Source: Candidatus Bathyarchaeia archaeon
GTDB lineage: Archaea > Thermoproteota > Bathyarchaeia > Bathyarchaeales > Bathycorpusculaceae
Assembly (NCBI GenBank): GCA_050010515.1
Contig: JBEKKX010000015.1
Coordinates: 1 to 57,872, forward strand
DNA length: 57,872 bases
Direction: 5' to 3'
Both the position numbers and the translations under genes were made by a program. How positions within the stretch are numbered: position 1 is the first letter of the stretch; each line of letters starts with the position of its first letter. Below, piece after piece: positions 47,796 to 57,737 of the stretch. The notes under the pieces are model-generated. The model ran no database searches and was not told the DNA's origin. It saw only the letters and a program-made list of their open reading frames with translations.

Positions 47796-48689
47796 ATGAT
47801 GCAAGATACTAAACGAGTAAAAAATCCTGGTAAACAACGAAAAAAACTTTTTAACGCTCCTGCTCACCTGCGTCACAAGCTTATGGCGGCTCCCCTATCA
47901 AACGAGCTTGCTGCTTCAAGAGGCGCAAAAACTCTTCCAGTAAGAAAGGGCGACACAGTTCGCATTCAACGCGGAGACAACAAGGGCTTTGAAGGCAAAG
48001 TTTCACGCGTTGACACGAAAAAATACCGAATCTATATTGAAGGGTTCACACGTGAAAAGGTTGATGGAACAAACATTTTCCTCCCAGTTCACCCGTCCAA
48101 AGTTGAAATAAGAAATCTCAACCTTGACGATAAATGGCGAAAAGACATTCTTGACAGAAAGAAGGAAATAGAAAAGCCTGAGAAAAAAGAAAAAGAAAAA
48201 GCAAAGCCATCAAAGAAAGCTGAAAAGGCTCCAAAGCAGCCGCAAGCAAAGGTTGAAGAGATAAAAGAAGAAAAACCTGTAGAAGCACCACCTGTTGAAG
48301 CACCGCCTGTTGAAGAAAAGGCAGTAGCGCCTGAAATTGCAAAAGAAGAAGCACCAGCAAAACAAGTTCCTGAGAAAGTAGCAGAGAAGGCAGTGGAAAA
48401 AACTCCAGCAGCAAAGAAAGCACCAGCCAAGAAACCTGCCGCCAAGAAGCCTGCCGCCAAGAAACCTACCGCTAAAAAAGTAGCTCCAGCGAAAAAGAAA
48501 CCTGCCGAGGAAAAAGCTCCGGTGGAAGAAGAAAAGGCGCCTGCTAAAAAAGCAGCAAAGCCAAGGACAGCAGCAAAAAAAGCAGCTGCATCGAAAGAAG
48601 CACCAGCAAAAGAGGCGGCAGCCAAGAAAACGGCGCCTAAGCCGCGTGCTAAACGTAAAGCCTCTAAAGAAACTGAGGGAGGACAATAA
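47796..48689 (+). CDS. rpl24: 50S ribosomal protein uL24 with long K/A/P/E-rich C-terminal extension
   Basis: KOW region VRKGDTVRIQRG and PVHPSKV, followed by PAAKK-type repeats. Confidence 0.92.
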   Translation: MMQDTKRVKNPGKQRKKLFNAPAHLRHKLMAAPLSNELAASRGAKTLPVRKGDTVRIQRGDNKGFEGKVSRVDTKKYRIYIEGFTREKVDGTNIFLPVHPSKVEIRNLNLDDKWRKDILDRKKEIEKPEKKEKEKAKPSKKAEKAPKQPQAKVEEIKEEKPVEAPPVEAPPVEEKAVAPEIAKEEAPAKQVPEKVAEKAVEKTPAAKKAPAKKPAAKKPAAKKPTAKKVAPAKKKPAEEKAPVEEEKAPAKKAAKPRTAAKKAAASKEAPAKEAAAKKTAPKPRAKRKASKETEGGQ

Positions 48690-48691
48690 TT

Positions 48692-49456
48692 TTGGGTAAA
48701 AAAGGAAAAACAGCAAGGCTGAAACGTAAGCCAGCTCCAAGGTTCTGGCCAATTCACAGAAAAGAACTGCCTTGGATAGTGAAGCCCTCATCTGGTTCTC
48801 ACTCGCTCCAGAACTGTCTACCGTTAGCGCTAGTTCTTCGAGACATTCTTGGCATTGCGCAAACAAGGAAAGAAGGCAAATTGATACTTGCTCAAGGCAA
48901 AGTACAGGTTGACGGAAAAGTCAGGAAAAAAGATGATTTTCCAGTCGGTTTGATGGATGTTATCTCCATGCCTGATGCAAACAAGTATTACCGTGTGATG
49001 CCGTCCAATAAGGGACTGGTTTTAAATCCAATAAGCAAAGAAGAAGCAAACTTCAAACTAGTCCGCGTTGAAGATAAAACCACTGTTAAAAACGGCATGC
49101 AAATCGCACTTCATGACGGCTCAAACATGCTCATAAAAGTTGCAGACCCGAAAAAACCGGCAGAAGTCACCTACGACACTTTTGGCATTCTAAAAATCGC
49201 TTATCCAGAAAAACAAGTAGTTCTTAGCTTGAAAACCAAGGAAGGAAACTTAGCAGTGATTACTGGCGGAAAAAACATTGGCAAACAAGGCAAAATAGTT
49301 GAAATAGAAAAGACTGAGGCTAAAAAACGACGGCAAGCCCTAGTAGTTATAGAAGACGCGAGTGGGGTTCGTTATCAAACAATCTTAGACTTCATCTTTT
49401 CCATAGGTGAAGCTGAACCACTAATAGGTGTACCGGAGGCATCTGCGGTTGTCTGA
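48692..49456 (+). CDS. rps4e: 30S ribosomal protein eS4
   Basis: LKRKPAPRFWPI and FPVGLMDVI motifs. Confidence 0.95.
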   Translation: MGKKGKTARLKRKPAPRFWPIHRKELPWIVKPSSGSHSLQNCLPLALVLRDILGIAQTRKEGKLILAQGKVQVDGKVRKKDDFPVGLMDVISMPDANKYYRVMPSNKGLVLNPISKEEANFKLVRVEDKTTVKNGMQIALHDGSNMLIKVADPKKPAEVTYDTFGILKIAYPEKQVVLSLKTKEGNLAVITGGKNIGKQGKIVEIEKTEAKKRRQALVVIEDASGVRYQTILDFIFSIGEAEPLIGVPEASAVV

Positions 49457-49991
49457 GGAAGCTGCTTTAGTTAAGAGTTGGGAAGAGCATCCAATGCTTA
49501 AGCCCCGAATTGAAAAAGTTGTGGTGAACCTTAACGTTGGAAAATCAGGTGAGCCACTTGAAAAAGCTAATAAAGTGCTCAAAGAAATAACGGGTCAGAC
49601 GCCGATAAAGAAAAAAGCCAAAAAAACTATCCGTGAGTTTGGCATACGTGAAGGAGAATCAATCGCTGTTGTCGTAACTCTGCGAAAGCAAAAGGCAATT
49701 GACTTCCTAAAGAAAGTGTTAACTGTCGTTGATAACAAGATTTCAAAGTCTTCCTTTGATGTGCATGGTAACTTTGCTTTCGGTCTTAAAGAGCACATTG
49801 AAATTCCAGGTGTAAAATATGACCCTGACATAGGCATCTTTGGAATGGATATTTGTGTTTCTGTTAATCGTCCAGGGCAACGAGTGAAAATTCGACGCAG
49901 AGAGAAGCAAGCCATTGGTCGTAAACACATGTTAACACCTGAAGAATCAATTATCTTCGTCAAACAAACGTTAGGAGTCGAAATCGTTTAA
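49449..49991 (+). CDS. rpl5: 50S ribosomal protein uL5
   Basis: IEKVVVN and EHIEIPGVKYDPDIGIFGMD motifs. Confidence 0.95.
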   Translation: MSEEAALVKSWEEHPMLKPRIEKVVVNLNVGKSGEPLEKANKVLKEITGQTPIKKKAKKTIREFGIREGESIAVVVTLRKQKAIDFLKKVLTVVDNKISKSSFDVHGNFAFGLKEHIEIPGVKYDPDIGIFGMDICVSVNRPGQRVKIRRREKQAIGRKHMLTPEESIIFVKQTLGVEIV

Positions 49992-50006
49992 ACAGAGGCT
50001 GAATGT

Positions 50007-50171
50007 ATGGGAAAACAACAATTGAAGAAAGAAAGAAAATACGGCAAAGGTTCACGGCCATGCGTCAGATGCGGCTCTTATGGGCCAGTTATTCGACGGT
50101 ACAATTTATATTTATGCAGGCACTGTTTCAGAGAAGCAGCCCCAAAACTTGGGTTCAAAAAATATGAGTAG
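50007..50171 (+). CDS. rps14: 30S ribosomal protein uS14 (54 aa, not in the ORF track)
   Basis: [12 protein letters not shown]...[19 protein letters not shown]. Confidence 0.95.
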   Translation: MGKQQLKKERKYGKGSRPCVRCGSYGPVIRRYNLYLCRHCFREAAPKLGFKKYE

Positions 50172-50183
50172 GAGCTAAAAAAC

Positions 50184-50567
50184 ATGGACACTTTAACAAA
50201 TGGGTTGATCACCATCGTAAACAATGAAATGCGAAACAAGCGTGAATGCATAATTAGTCCTGCCTCTAAACTTTTGGGGCGAGTCCTACGCATAATGCAA
50301 CTTAACGGTTACATAGGCGAATTCGAGTTTATCGACGATGGACGCTCTGGAAAATTCAAAGTTCAACTATTAGGCAGAATAAACAAGTGTGGACCAATTA
50401 AACCACGCTACCCAGCTAAAGTGGGTGAATTTGAAGATTGGGAAAAGAAGTACTTGCCCTCCAGAGACTTAGGGATAATGGTTGTTTCCACTTCAAAAGG
50501 CGTAATAGCACACAAGGATGCGGAAGAAAAGAATCTTGGAGGAAGGCTGTTAGCCTTCGTGTATTAG
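50184..50567 (+). CDS. rps8: 30S ribosomal protein uS8
   Basis: [15 protein letters not shown] and GGRLLAFVY motifs. Confidence 0.96.
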   Translation: MDTLTNGLITIVNNEMRNKRECIISPASKLLGRVLRIMQLNGYIGEFEFIDDGRSGKFKVQLLGRINKCGPIKPRYPAKVGEFEDWEKKYLPSRDLGIMVVSTSKGVIAHKDAEEKNLGGRLLAFVY

Positions 50568-50577
50568 GGTGTAATTT

Positions 50578-51123
50578 ATGCGGCTTCCAGAAGTATCTAA
50601 AACTATTCAGGTTCCTGATAACGTAGACGTCAGCCTAGAAGGCAAAAAAATCAACGTTAAGGGTGCCAAAGGGTCTTTAACACGCGACTTTTCCTTTGCT
50701 CCAATCGCAATAGAAGGCGAGGGCAAAAATATTCGCGTTTGGGCAAAGTGGCCACGCAAAAAGGAAGCCGCTCTTGTAGGAACAATATACTCGCACATTC
50801 AAAACATGATTACTGGAGTAACAAAAGGCTATTCGTATAAACTAAAAATCGTGTTCTCGCACTTCCCAATTTCAGTAAAGATTCAAGACAAATCTATTTT
50901 GATTGAAAACTTTACTGGTGAACGCAGGGCACGCAGAGTAAAAATAATCGGCGATGTCAAAGTGAAAATTGAACCTGAAGACATCATTGTTGAAGGCGTA
51001 AACTTAGAAGATGTAAGCCAAACCGCTGCTAACATTGAACAAGCTACAAGAGTAAGGCGCAAAGACCCACGTGTTTTCCTTGACGGCATATACGTGTATG
51101 AAAGAAATGAGGGAGTTGCCTAA
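50578..51123 (+). CDS. rpl6: 50S ribosomal protein uL6
   Basis: NMITGVTKG and KDPRVFLDGIYV motifs. Confidence 0.96.
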   Translation: MRLPEVSKTIQVPDNVDVSLEGKKINVKGAKGSLTRDFSFAPIAIEGEGKNIRVWAKWPRKKEAALVGTIYSHIQNMITGVTKGYSYKLKIVFSHFPISVKIQDKSILIENFTGERRARRVKIIGDVKVKIEPEDIIVEGVNLEDVSQTAANIEQATRVRRKDPRVFLDGIYVYERNEGVA

Positions 51124-51773
51124 TGACCGAAAAGACTGAAAAGAAACCATCATTATCACAAAAAGCACTTAAAGTTAGAGCACGCGCTAAAAACAAGAAA
51201 CCTAAATTCGTGAGAGCTGAAAGCTGGAAGTATGATAGGTTCAGCTTAAGTTGGCGGAGACCCAGAGGATTAGATAATAAGATTAGACGAAAAATCAAGG
51301 GTTGGCCAGCCGGCGTAAGCGTTGGTTATAAGGGACCAAAAATCGCCAGAGGCTTGCATCCATCAGGATACAGGGAAGTTTTAGTTTACAATGTAAAAGA
51401 CCTATCCACTGTTGACCCTAATACTCAAGCCGCACGCATAGCGCACACAGTCGGCAAAAGAAAGCGCGCCCTAATTATTGCCGAAGCCAAAAAACTTAAC
51501 ATTAAAATCTTAAATTTCAAAGCTTCACCAGAAACTGAAAAGAAAGAAGAGGAAGCAGCTGAAGGCGAGGAAAAAGAGCAGGAGCAAACAGAAGAAGCGA
51601 CCGAAGAGAAAGAAGTCGAGGAAGAAGAGGAGAAGCCAAAGAAAGAAAAAGCACCAAAGAAAGAAAAAGCACCAAAGAAAGAAAAAGCACCAAAGAAAGA
51701 AAAAGCACCAAAGAAAGAAAAAGCACCAAAGAAAACCAAGCCTGAACCTGAGGAAGGAGAAGAGGAACAATGA
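51123..51773 (+). CDS. rpl32e: 50S ribosomal protein eL32 with acidic tail and PKKEKA repeats
   Basis: WRRPRGLDNK and GLHPSG motifs. Confidence 0.95.
   Translation: MTEKTEKKPSLSQKALKVRARAKNKKPKFVRAESWKYDRFSLSWRRPRGLDNKIRRKIKGWPAGVSVGYKGPKIARGLHPSGYREVLVYNVKDLSTVDPNTQAARIAHTVGKRKRALIIAEAKKLNIKILNFKASPETEKKEEEAAEGEEKEQEQTEEATEEKEVEEEEEKPKKEKAPKKEKAPKKEKAPKKEKAPKKEKAPKKTKPEPEEGEEEQ
51636..51734 (+). repeat. Perfect 18-bp tandem repeat x5.5 (CCAAAGAAAGAAAAAGCA) within rpl32e
   Basis: Directly visible; encodes (PKKEKA)5. Confidence 0.95.
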
Positions 51774-52225
51774 CGAACCTAAGCAGTCAGAGACGGTTAG
51801 CGGCTCAAATCTTAAAGATTGGGCAAAACCGCGTGTGGATTGATCCTGAACGGATGGATGATGTTGAAGGCGCAATTACACGCGAAGAAGTTAGAAAGCT
51901 AATTCACGAGAAAATCATTGATTCTCTGCCTGAGAAAGGCGTAAGCAGATCCAGAGCAAAAATTATCCGAGAGAAAAAGCGTAAGGGCAGGCGTAGCGGT
52001 CCCGGCAGCATCACTGGCGCTGGCTACGCTAAGGTAACTAAGAAAGAGGCATGGATGAAAAAGATCAGGTCTCTGAGGCGTAAGCTTCGCGAGTTGAAGG
52101 CTAGCAGAATCATAACTGAAGCCACATACAGCCAGTATTACAGGATGGCTGGCAGCGGAAGGTTCCAGTCTATAGCTGAACTGGAGCGCAATTTAAAAGC
52201 TAATGATTTATGGAGGAAACGTTAA
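51770..52225 (+). CDS. rpl19e: 50S ribosomal protein eL19
   Basis: QRRLAAQIL, RVWIDP and WMKKIR motifs. Confidence 0.95.
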   Translation: MTNLSSQRRLAAQILKIGQNRVWIDPERMDDVEGAITREEVRKLIHEKIIDSLPEKGVSRSRAKIIREKKRKGRRSGPGSITGAGYAKVTKKEAWMKKIRSLRRKLRELKASRIITEATYSQYYRMAGSGRFQSIAELERNLKANDLWRKR

Positions 52226-52226
52226 G

Positions 52227-52979
52227 ATGGCAAAAAGCGGCAATTACCGTGTGCAATTAAGACGCAGGCGGGAAGGAAAAACTGATTACCAAGCGCGGAA
52301 GGCTCTGGTTATTTCTGGAAAGCCTCGGCTTGTTACTCGAGCATCATTAAAGAATGTTACAGTACAAATAACGGTTGCTAAACCGCATGGTGATGAGATT
52401 TTAGCTTCAGCCAACAGCCGTGAACTCGTCAAAAATTACGGTTGGAAGGCTCCAACTGGCAATGTTCCCGCAGCCTATCTTACAGGTTTGCTTTGCGGTT
52501 TAAAGGCGAAAGCTAAAGGCGTTGAACAAGCAATCTTAGATATTGGCTTGATTTCTCCCACCAAGGGCTCAAAAATTTTTGCTATACTGAGCGGGGTTTT
52601 GGATGCTGGTGTGGATGTTCCTCACAGCGAAGAGAAGATTGTTAAGGAACGCATGAAAGGCGAACACATAGTCAAGTACGCTAAAAGCTTAGGCGCTGGG
52701 TCTGAAGAGTATACTGCCAAATTCTCAAAGTACACAGCGCAGGGTATTGCGCCTGAAAAAATCTCTGAGCACTTCACTAAAGTGAAGGCTGAAATCACAG
52801 GCTCATTTAAGGCTGCCAAACCAGCAACTGAAGAGAAAAAGGCACCTGCTGTGGAAGAAGCTTCCGTCGAGGAAAAAAAGGCGTCCATTAAGAAAGCAGC
52901 AGCAAAGCCAAAGACTGCAGCAAAGGAACCAGCGGCACCAAAAGAAAAGGCAAGTAAGCAAGGTGGTAAGAAAGCATGA
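52227..52979 (+). CDS. rpl18: 50S ribosomal protein uL18 with K/A-rich C-tail
   Basis: RRRREGKTDY and NVPAAYLTG motifs. Confidence 0.95.
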   Translation: MAKSGNYRVQLRRRREGKTDYQARKALVISGKPRLVTRASLKNVTVQITVAKPHGDEILASANSRELVKNYGWKAPTGNVPAAYLTGLLCGLKAKAKGVEQAILDIGLISPTKGSKIFAILSGVLDAGVDVPHSEEKIVKERMKGEHIVKYAKSLGAGSEEYTAKFSKYTAQGIAPEKISEHFTKVKAEITGSFKAAKPATEEKKAPAVEEASVEEKKASIKKAAAKPKTAAKEPAAPKEKASKQGGKKA

Positions 52980-53620
52980 GTCGAATGGAAAAGGAAAGAC
53001 GAACTAACTTAGAAACATGGATTCCTAAAACCCGTTTGGGCAAAATGATTCAGGAAGGCAAAATTACCACCATTGAAGATGTCTTTCTCAGCGGCATAAA
53101 AATTTCTGAACCTCAAATCGTTGATTCGTTGATTCCTGATCTTCAAGAAGAAGTCATAAACGTTAACCTAGTGCAGAAGCAAACTGACGCTGGCGAAAAA
53201 TCCCGTTTCAAAGCCATAGTTGCCGTTGGGAACAGAGACGGCTACATCGGCTTAGGCTCAGGGAAAGCCAGTCAAGTGCGAAACGCTATTGAGAAGGCTG
53301 CTGTCAACGCCCGCTTAAACATTATTCCAGTAAAACGCGGATGCGGAAGTTGGGAATGCGGTTGCGGTAAACCTCATTCAGTGCCGTTCCAGGTTGAAGG
53401 GAAATGCGGCGGCGTACGAGTGATTATTGTTCCAGGACCCAGAGGCTTAGGCTTAGTTTCAAGCGAAGTAGCCAAAGTCATCTTTGGCTTAGCTGGCGTG
53501 AAAGACTTGTGGATGAGAAGTTACGGTTCAACACGGACAGTGCCGTCTTACGCTTACGCGATCTTTGATGGTTTACGGAAGACCTATAATTTGATTACTC
53601 AAGTGGACTGGGTGAAATAA
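52976..53620 (+). CDS. rps5: 30S ribosomal protein uS5
   Basis: WIPKTRLG, RGCGSWEC and PGPRGLGLV motifs. Confidence 0.96.
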   Translation: MSRMEKERRTNLETWIPKTRLGKMIQEGKITTIEDVFLSGIKISEPQIVDSLIPDLQEEVINVNLVQKQTDAGEKSRFKAIVAVGNRDGYIGLGSGKASQVRNAIEKAAVNARLNIIPVKRGCGSWECGCGKPHSVPFQVEGKCGGVRVIIVPGPRGLGLVSSEVAKVIFGLAGVKDLWMRSYGSTRTVPSYAYAIFDGLRKTYNLITQVDWVK

Positions 53621-53621
53621 G

Positions 53622-54110
53622 ATGGCGCAGAAAACTGAAGAGTGCAAGTGCCTTGTCGTCGTTAAAGTTCGTGGTACAATTAGTGCCCAGCGGGAAACAA
53701 GAGAAACCCTTGACTTCTTGCATTTACTGCATACTAACCATGCAGTACTCATAGATAGCCGACCTGCCTATAAGGGAATGCTGCAACGCGTAAACAGCTA
53801 TGTCACATATGGCGAACCCTCAAAAGAAACCGTTGCCATGATGCTTCAGAAACGCGCAAGGCTAGCGGGCGACAAAAAACTAACAGATGAATACATCCAG
53901 AAAGCAGGATACAAATCCATCGATGACCTTGCAGAAGCCATAGTGAGTTGCAAAGTGCAATTCCAGAAACTGCCAGATGTGCAGCCACTATTCAGGCTGC
54001 ATCCGCCAAGCAAAGGCTACAAGGGCAAAACCAAGAAAGGCTTTAAGGCAGGCGGCGAAGCAGGCTACCGCGGAGAAGCAATAAACGAACTAGTAAAACG
54101 CATGATTTAA
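53622..54110 (+). CDS. rpl30: 50S ribosomal protein uL30
   Basis: FRLHPP and GYRGEAINELVKRMI motifs. Confidence 0.95.
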   Translation: MAQKTEECKCLVVVKVRGTISAQRETRETLDFLHLLHTNHAVLIDSRPAYKGMLQRVNSYVTYGEPSKETVAMMLQKRARLAGDKKLTDEYIQKAGYKSIDDLAEAIVSCKVQFQKLPDVQPLFRLHPPSKGYKGKTKKGFKAGGEAGYRGEAINELVKRMI

Positions 54111-54392
54111 TCTCCCGTTTAACATAGTTTTTTTATTTAGCTTAATCTTTTCTTGTTTTTTTTGATAGTGATAAACTCCGAGCGCTCGAGTTTCCTGACC
54201 CAGAATAGCATGCAATCATCATTTTCATGGGTAAACTGCTTTAGGGCTAATGCGTGTTTTCTCACTGTTTCTGTGCGATACGTTTTATAGTGTCGATGAA
54301 GAAATTCGTTAGTTAATTGGAGGGGGAAAGACACGAGCGCAAAATGGCGTAGAAGCACAAAAAACCGTAAATGGCTAGATTTTAACAACCAA

Positions 54393-54791
54393 GTGGCAAA
54401 AAGCAAAAAACAACGAATAATTCAACCTGAGCATGCTTACCGTCTAAAATCAATAGCTGTTCACTCAAGCTTTCGGCCATCTAAAAGCTTTGCTGAACGC
54501 AATTTCCAGGAGCCACAACCGTTAATCGATATATTCCAAGAAAATAATTATATAACGATTGTAGCGGAGATCGCAGGCTTTAATAAAGAAACCCTCAAAA
54601 TTCATGTAAAGAATCAAAAAATTATCCTCTCGGCGAAATCGAAAGATCGCAGATACTATAAAAGTTTAAATCTGCCGAAGGAAGTGATTCCAGACGTCAT
54701 GTACACCAAATTCAAGAACGGTGTGCTAGAAATCAAACTTAAAAAAGCTGAAACAGCCATAAATAAAGAAGCTGATCAAAATGCCGCATAA
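54393..54791 (+). CDS. Hsp20/alpha-crystallin domain protein between rpl30 and rpl15
   Basis: PLIDIFQE, AEIAG, YYKSLNLP and FKNGVLEIKL motifs; the frame is open back to ACG-54333. Confidence 0.8.
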   Translation: MAKSKKQRIIQPEHAYRLKSIAVHSSFRPSKSFAERNFQEPQPLIDIFQENNYITIVAEIAGFNKETLKIHVKNQKIILSAKSKDRRYYKSLNLPKEVIPDVMYTKFKNGVLEIKLKKAETAINKEADQNAA

Positions 54792-55206
54792 ATTAAGAAA
54801 AATACGGAAATTTAGAGGCTCAAGAACAGTAGGCTACGGAAGGGTAGGTCAACACCGAGACTCAGGCTCCAAAGGGCACAGGAAAGTTGGACGACACAAA
54901 CACTTATGGAGTTATGTCGTAACCAAAGAACCTGATTATTTCGGTAAAAATGGCTTCACCTCACCCCAAAGTCTTCATCGCCACGAAAACACGATTAACC
55001 TCAAAAAGGTAGAAGAAATAGCACAAACAAGTCAAGGGGAAAAACCTCAAATCGACCTAACAGCCTTAGGCTACACAAAACTTTTAGGCACAGGTAAAGT
55101 CACGAAACCTCTAACCGTACAAGTGTCATCATACTCAAAATCGGCGGCTGAAAAAATCAAGAAGGCAGGCGGAGAAATCCTAGGCTCCCCAGTCAACGGA
55201 GAGTAA
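54781..55206 (+). CDS. rpl15: 50S ribosomal protein uL15
   Basis: RGSRTVGYG, FGKNGF and KLLGTG motifs. Confidence 0.95.
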   Translation: MPHKLRKIRKFRGSRTVGYGRVGQHRDSGSKGHRKVGRHKHLWSYVVTKEPDYFGKNGFTSPQSLHRHENTINLKKVEEIAQTSQGEKPQIDLTALGYTKLLGTGKVTKPLTVQVSSYSKSAAEKIKKAGGEILGSPVNGE

Positions 55207-55215
55207 AGTTACTAA

Positions 55216-56649
55216 ATGCCCGGAAGATTCCTTGGACTCTTCAAACCAATAGGAAGAGTTTTACCTGAAATTAAAAAGCCTGAGCGAAAGGTAAGTTTTA
55301 ACGAGAAAATCTTCTGGACTGGGCTTGTCTTAATTATTTATCTTGTTATGGCTGAAATCCCGCTTTACGGTATTTCAGCATCAGCTCAAAGCTCGTTTAG
55401 TTCATTGAGAGTTATTTTTGCTTCGAATAATGGAACGTTGATGCAGTTGGGTATTGGGCCTATTGTTACGGCTGGTTTGATTTTGCAGTTGCTTGCTGGT
55501 TCCTCTATTATTGAATGTGACATGTCGAATGCTGAGGATAGAGGATTATTCACTTCTGCAAGTAAAGTGTTCACTATTCTTCTCACAGGCATTCAGACTT
55601 CTGCGTACCTTATAAGCGGCATGTTCGGTACGATTACTGGATCTGCAACGCTAGTTATTTTCTTTGAGCTTCTTAGCACTGGCGTAATTGTTATGTTAAT
55701 GGATGAACTTGTTCAGAAGGGCTGGGGACTAGGCAGCGGAATCAGCTTGTTTATCATGGCTGGCGTTGCTCAGAGTGTTATTTGGGATACATTTTCGCCG
55801 ACTACTGGTCTGTTTGTGGGTTCTCTTTCAGCTTACCTTAGCCATGGGCAGACGTTTTTGTCTTGGGTAGTTGGGACTGCTTCTGGAGTTTATCCGTCTT
55901 TGATTGGGCTCTTTGCTACTATTGGGGCCTTTTTGGTGGTTATTTATTTGAATGGAGTTAGAATTGAGCTTCCTATGAGTTATGCAGGGTACAAAGGCTT
56001 CAGAAGTAGATATCCAATTAAACTGCTGTACGTTTCTAACCTTCCAGTTATATTTGCGTCAGCATTGTTTGCAAACGTTTACTTCTTCTCAGAATTACTA
56101 TGGAGCTCTCAGGGTCGTCCTGCTCCCGGAACGAATCTTTTATTCCGGATAATAGGTGACTTTAACGTCACAACTTCAGGTACTGGTACTAGTGCTAGTA
56201 CTAATATCGTGCCTGTAGGCGGGCTTGCTTTCTTTACGACTGCGCCAGCGAATATTGAACAAGTTTTGCTGAACCCGTTAAGGGCTGCTGCTTACTTGGG
56301 TATTCTTGTGGCTTTCTGCGCTGTTTTCTCGTTGATTTGGCTTGAGGTTGGCGGTTTGGGTCCCGCAAAAGTTGCGAAGCAGCTTATGGATTCGGGCATG
56401 CAGATTCCTGGTTACCGCAGGTCAGGAAGACCCATAGAAGCTGTCCTTAAACGTTACATTCCTGTAGTCACGGTTCTCGGCGGAATCATCGTTGGGTGTG
56501 TAGCTGCGTCTGCAAATTTCTTTGGCGCCTTCGGTACGGGCACAGGCATACTGCTGTCGGTGGGTATCATTTACCAGTATTATGAATTGTTAATGCAAGA
56601 AAGAGCAGCCGAGATGTATCCTGCTTTCAGGAGAATCCTTGGAGAATAG
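55216..56649 (+). CDS. secY: Preprotein translocase SecY
   Basis: LGIGPIVTAG, GLGSGISLFI, YPIKLLYVSN and IPGYR motifs. Confidence 0.97.
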   Translation: MPGRFLGLFKPIGRVLPEIKKPERKVSFNEKIFWTGLVLIIYLVMAEIPLYGISASAQSSFSSLRVIFASNNGTLMQLGIGPIVTAGLILQLLAGSSIIECDMSNAEDRGLFTSASKVFTILLTGIQTSAYLISGMFGTITGSATLVIFFELLSTGVIVMLMDELVQKGWGLGSGISLFIMAGVAQSVIWDTFSPTTGLFVGSLSAYLSHGQTFLSWVVGTASGVYPSLIGLFATIGAFLVVIYLNGVRIELPMSYAGYKGFRSRYPIKLLYVSNLPVIFASALFANVYFFSELLWSSQGRPAPGTNLLFRIIGDFNVTTSGTGTSASTNIVPVGGLAFFTTAPANIEQVLLNPLRAAAYLGILVAFCAVFSLIWLEVGGLGPAKVAKQLMDSGMQIPGYRRSGRPIEAVLKRYIPVVTVLGGIIVGCVAASANFFGAFGTGTGILLSVGIIYQYYELLMQERAAEMYPAFRRILGE

Positions 56650-56932
56650 GCTAAAGCAGGTTTGCTTTAAAAATCTCCTCTTTTTGAGTTAATTTTATTT
56701 TAGTCTAAATTCAAATTTTTCTTTATTTTGCTTTATTAAAAAGAGCTTTTTTGGATTTTTGTTGCCATCGGCATAATGCCTCATAAATAAATGATGTCTT
56801 TCTTGGTTCTGTTAAGTTCTTATGGGACGGGCTTTTCTGTTAAGTTTCGTGGGATACGAATTACTAAGAGAACACAACTGTTAACTTTCGTGGGATAAAC
56901 TTTTTCTACTCGGTAAACTTTACGTTTTAAGG

Positions 56933-57055
56933 AGCTATTTCCGACCGCATGAAGGCTTAGACGGCAAAACCCCAGCCGAAGCATGCGGAATATAAATAGA
57001 AGGAAAAAACAAGTGGAAAACACTAATACAGAATGCCAAACACCATGAAATTTGA
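56933..57055 (+). pseudogene. C-terminal fragment of a DDE transposase/integrase
   Basis: YFRPHEGLDGKTPAEACGI*IEGKNKWKTLIQNA, with an internal stop. Confidence 0.75.
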
Positions 57056-57200
57056 GAAAAGTGATTTCTGCTTGTGTAGAACAATATTGTTGTATACCCG
57101 CGCTAGGCACAAAGCTTTTAAAGTGTTTAGTATTACACTACAATCATATTATAAGGCATCAGGCGATAACCCTAATTCAAGGGTTGCCTGTATTTAGTAC

Positions 57201-57737
57201 CTATGAAAGTTTTATTTGGTGAATATAATCATCTAGAAACCACTTTGTTAAAGCCGCTTCTTTCAGTTCTTTGCTTAAGGATTTCCTAAAAGATGCTACT
57301 TCCACATTTTTACCTTTACTCATGACCTTTCCAACTGCACCTGCATAATCTGCATCACCAGACACTATTATGGCGACATCATATGCATTTTCCCAAGCCA
57401 TGCCAATTAAATCAGTTGCCAGTGCCACATCCACACCTTTTTCAACATAACGAACTGCTCCTGTGGTACTGTCCGACCTTGTTTTGAGTGGTTTGTCAAG
57501 AACTTGTATCCCGATTGACCGTAAGTAGTCAAAAAACCTAACTTGTGAGGGTAATGTAGGGGGTATAGGTTTGCTACAGTAATATAATGTTCGAACTACT
57601 ATTCTGTCTTTTGCTAAGAGGGAAATGAATTTAGTATAATCTATTTTCAGATTTACTTTATTATCTTCGTTGTAACTTTTTATTCCCCAATGAAGGTTTG
57701 AACCATCTATGAAAATCATAACCCTGATATTATTCAA
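57201..57737 (-). CDS. NYN/LabA-domain protein (PIN-like nuclease)
   Basis: FIDGSNL, EKGVDVALATD, VSGDADY and GKNVEV motifs. Confidence 0.9.
   Translation of the reverse strand: MNNIRVMIFIDGSNLHWGIKSYNEDNKVNLKIDYTKFISLLAKDRIVVRTLYYCSKPIPPTLPSQVRFFDYLRSIGIQVLDKPLKTRSDSTTGAVRYVEKGVDVALATDLIGMAWENAYDVAIIVSGDADYAGAVGKVMSKGKNVEVASFRKSLSKELKEAALTKWFLDDYIHQIKLS

Noticed and set aside
48089-48866. Long antisense Phe/Cys/Leu-rich ORFs (also 51425-51875)
   Set aside because: Shadows of the Lys/Ala/Glu-rich tails of uL24 and eL32.
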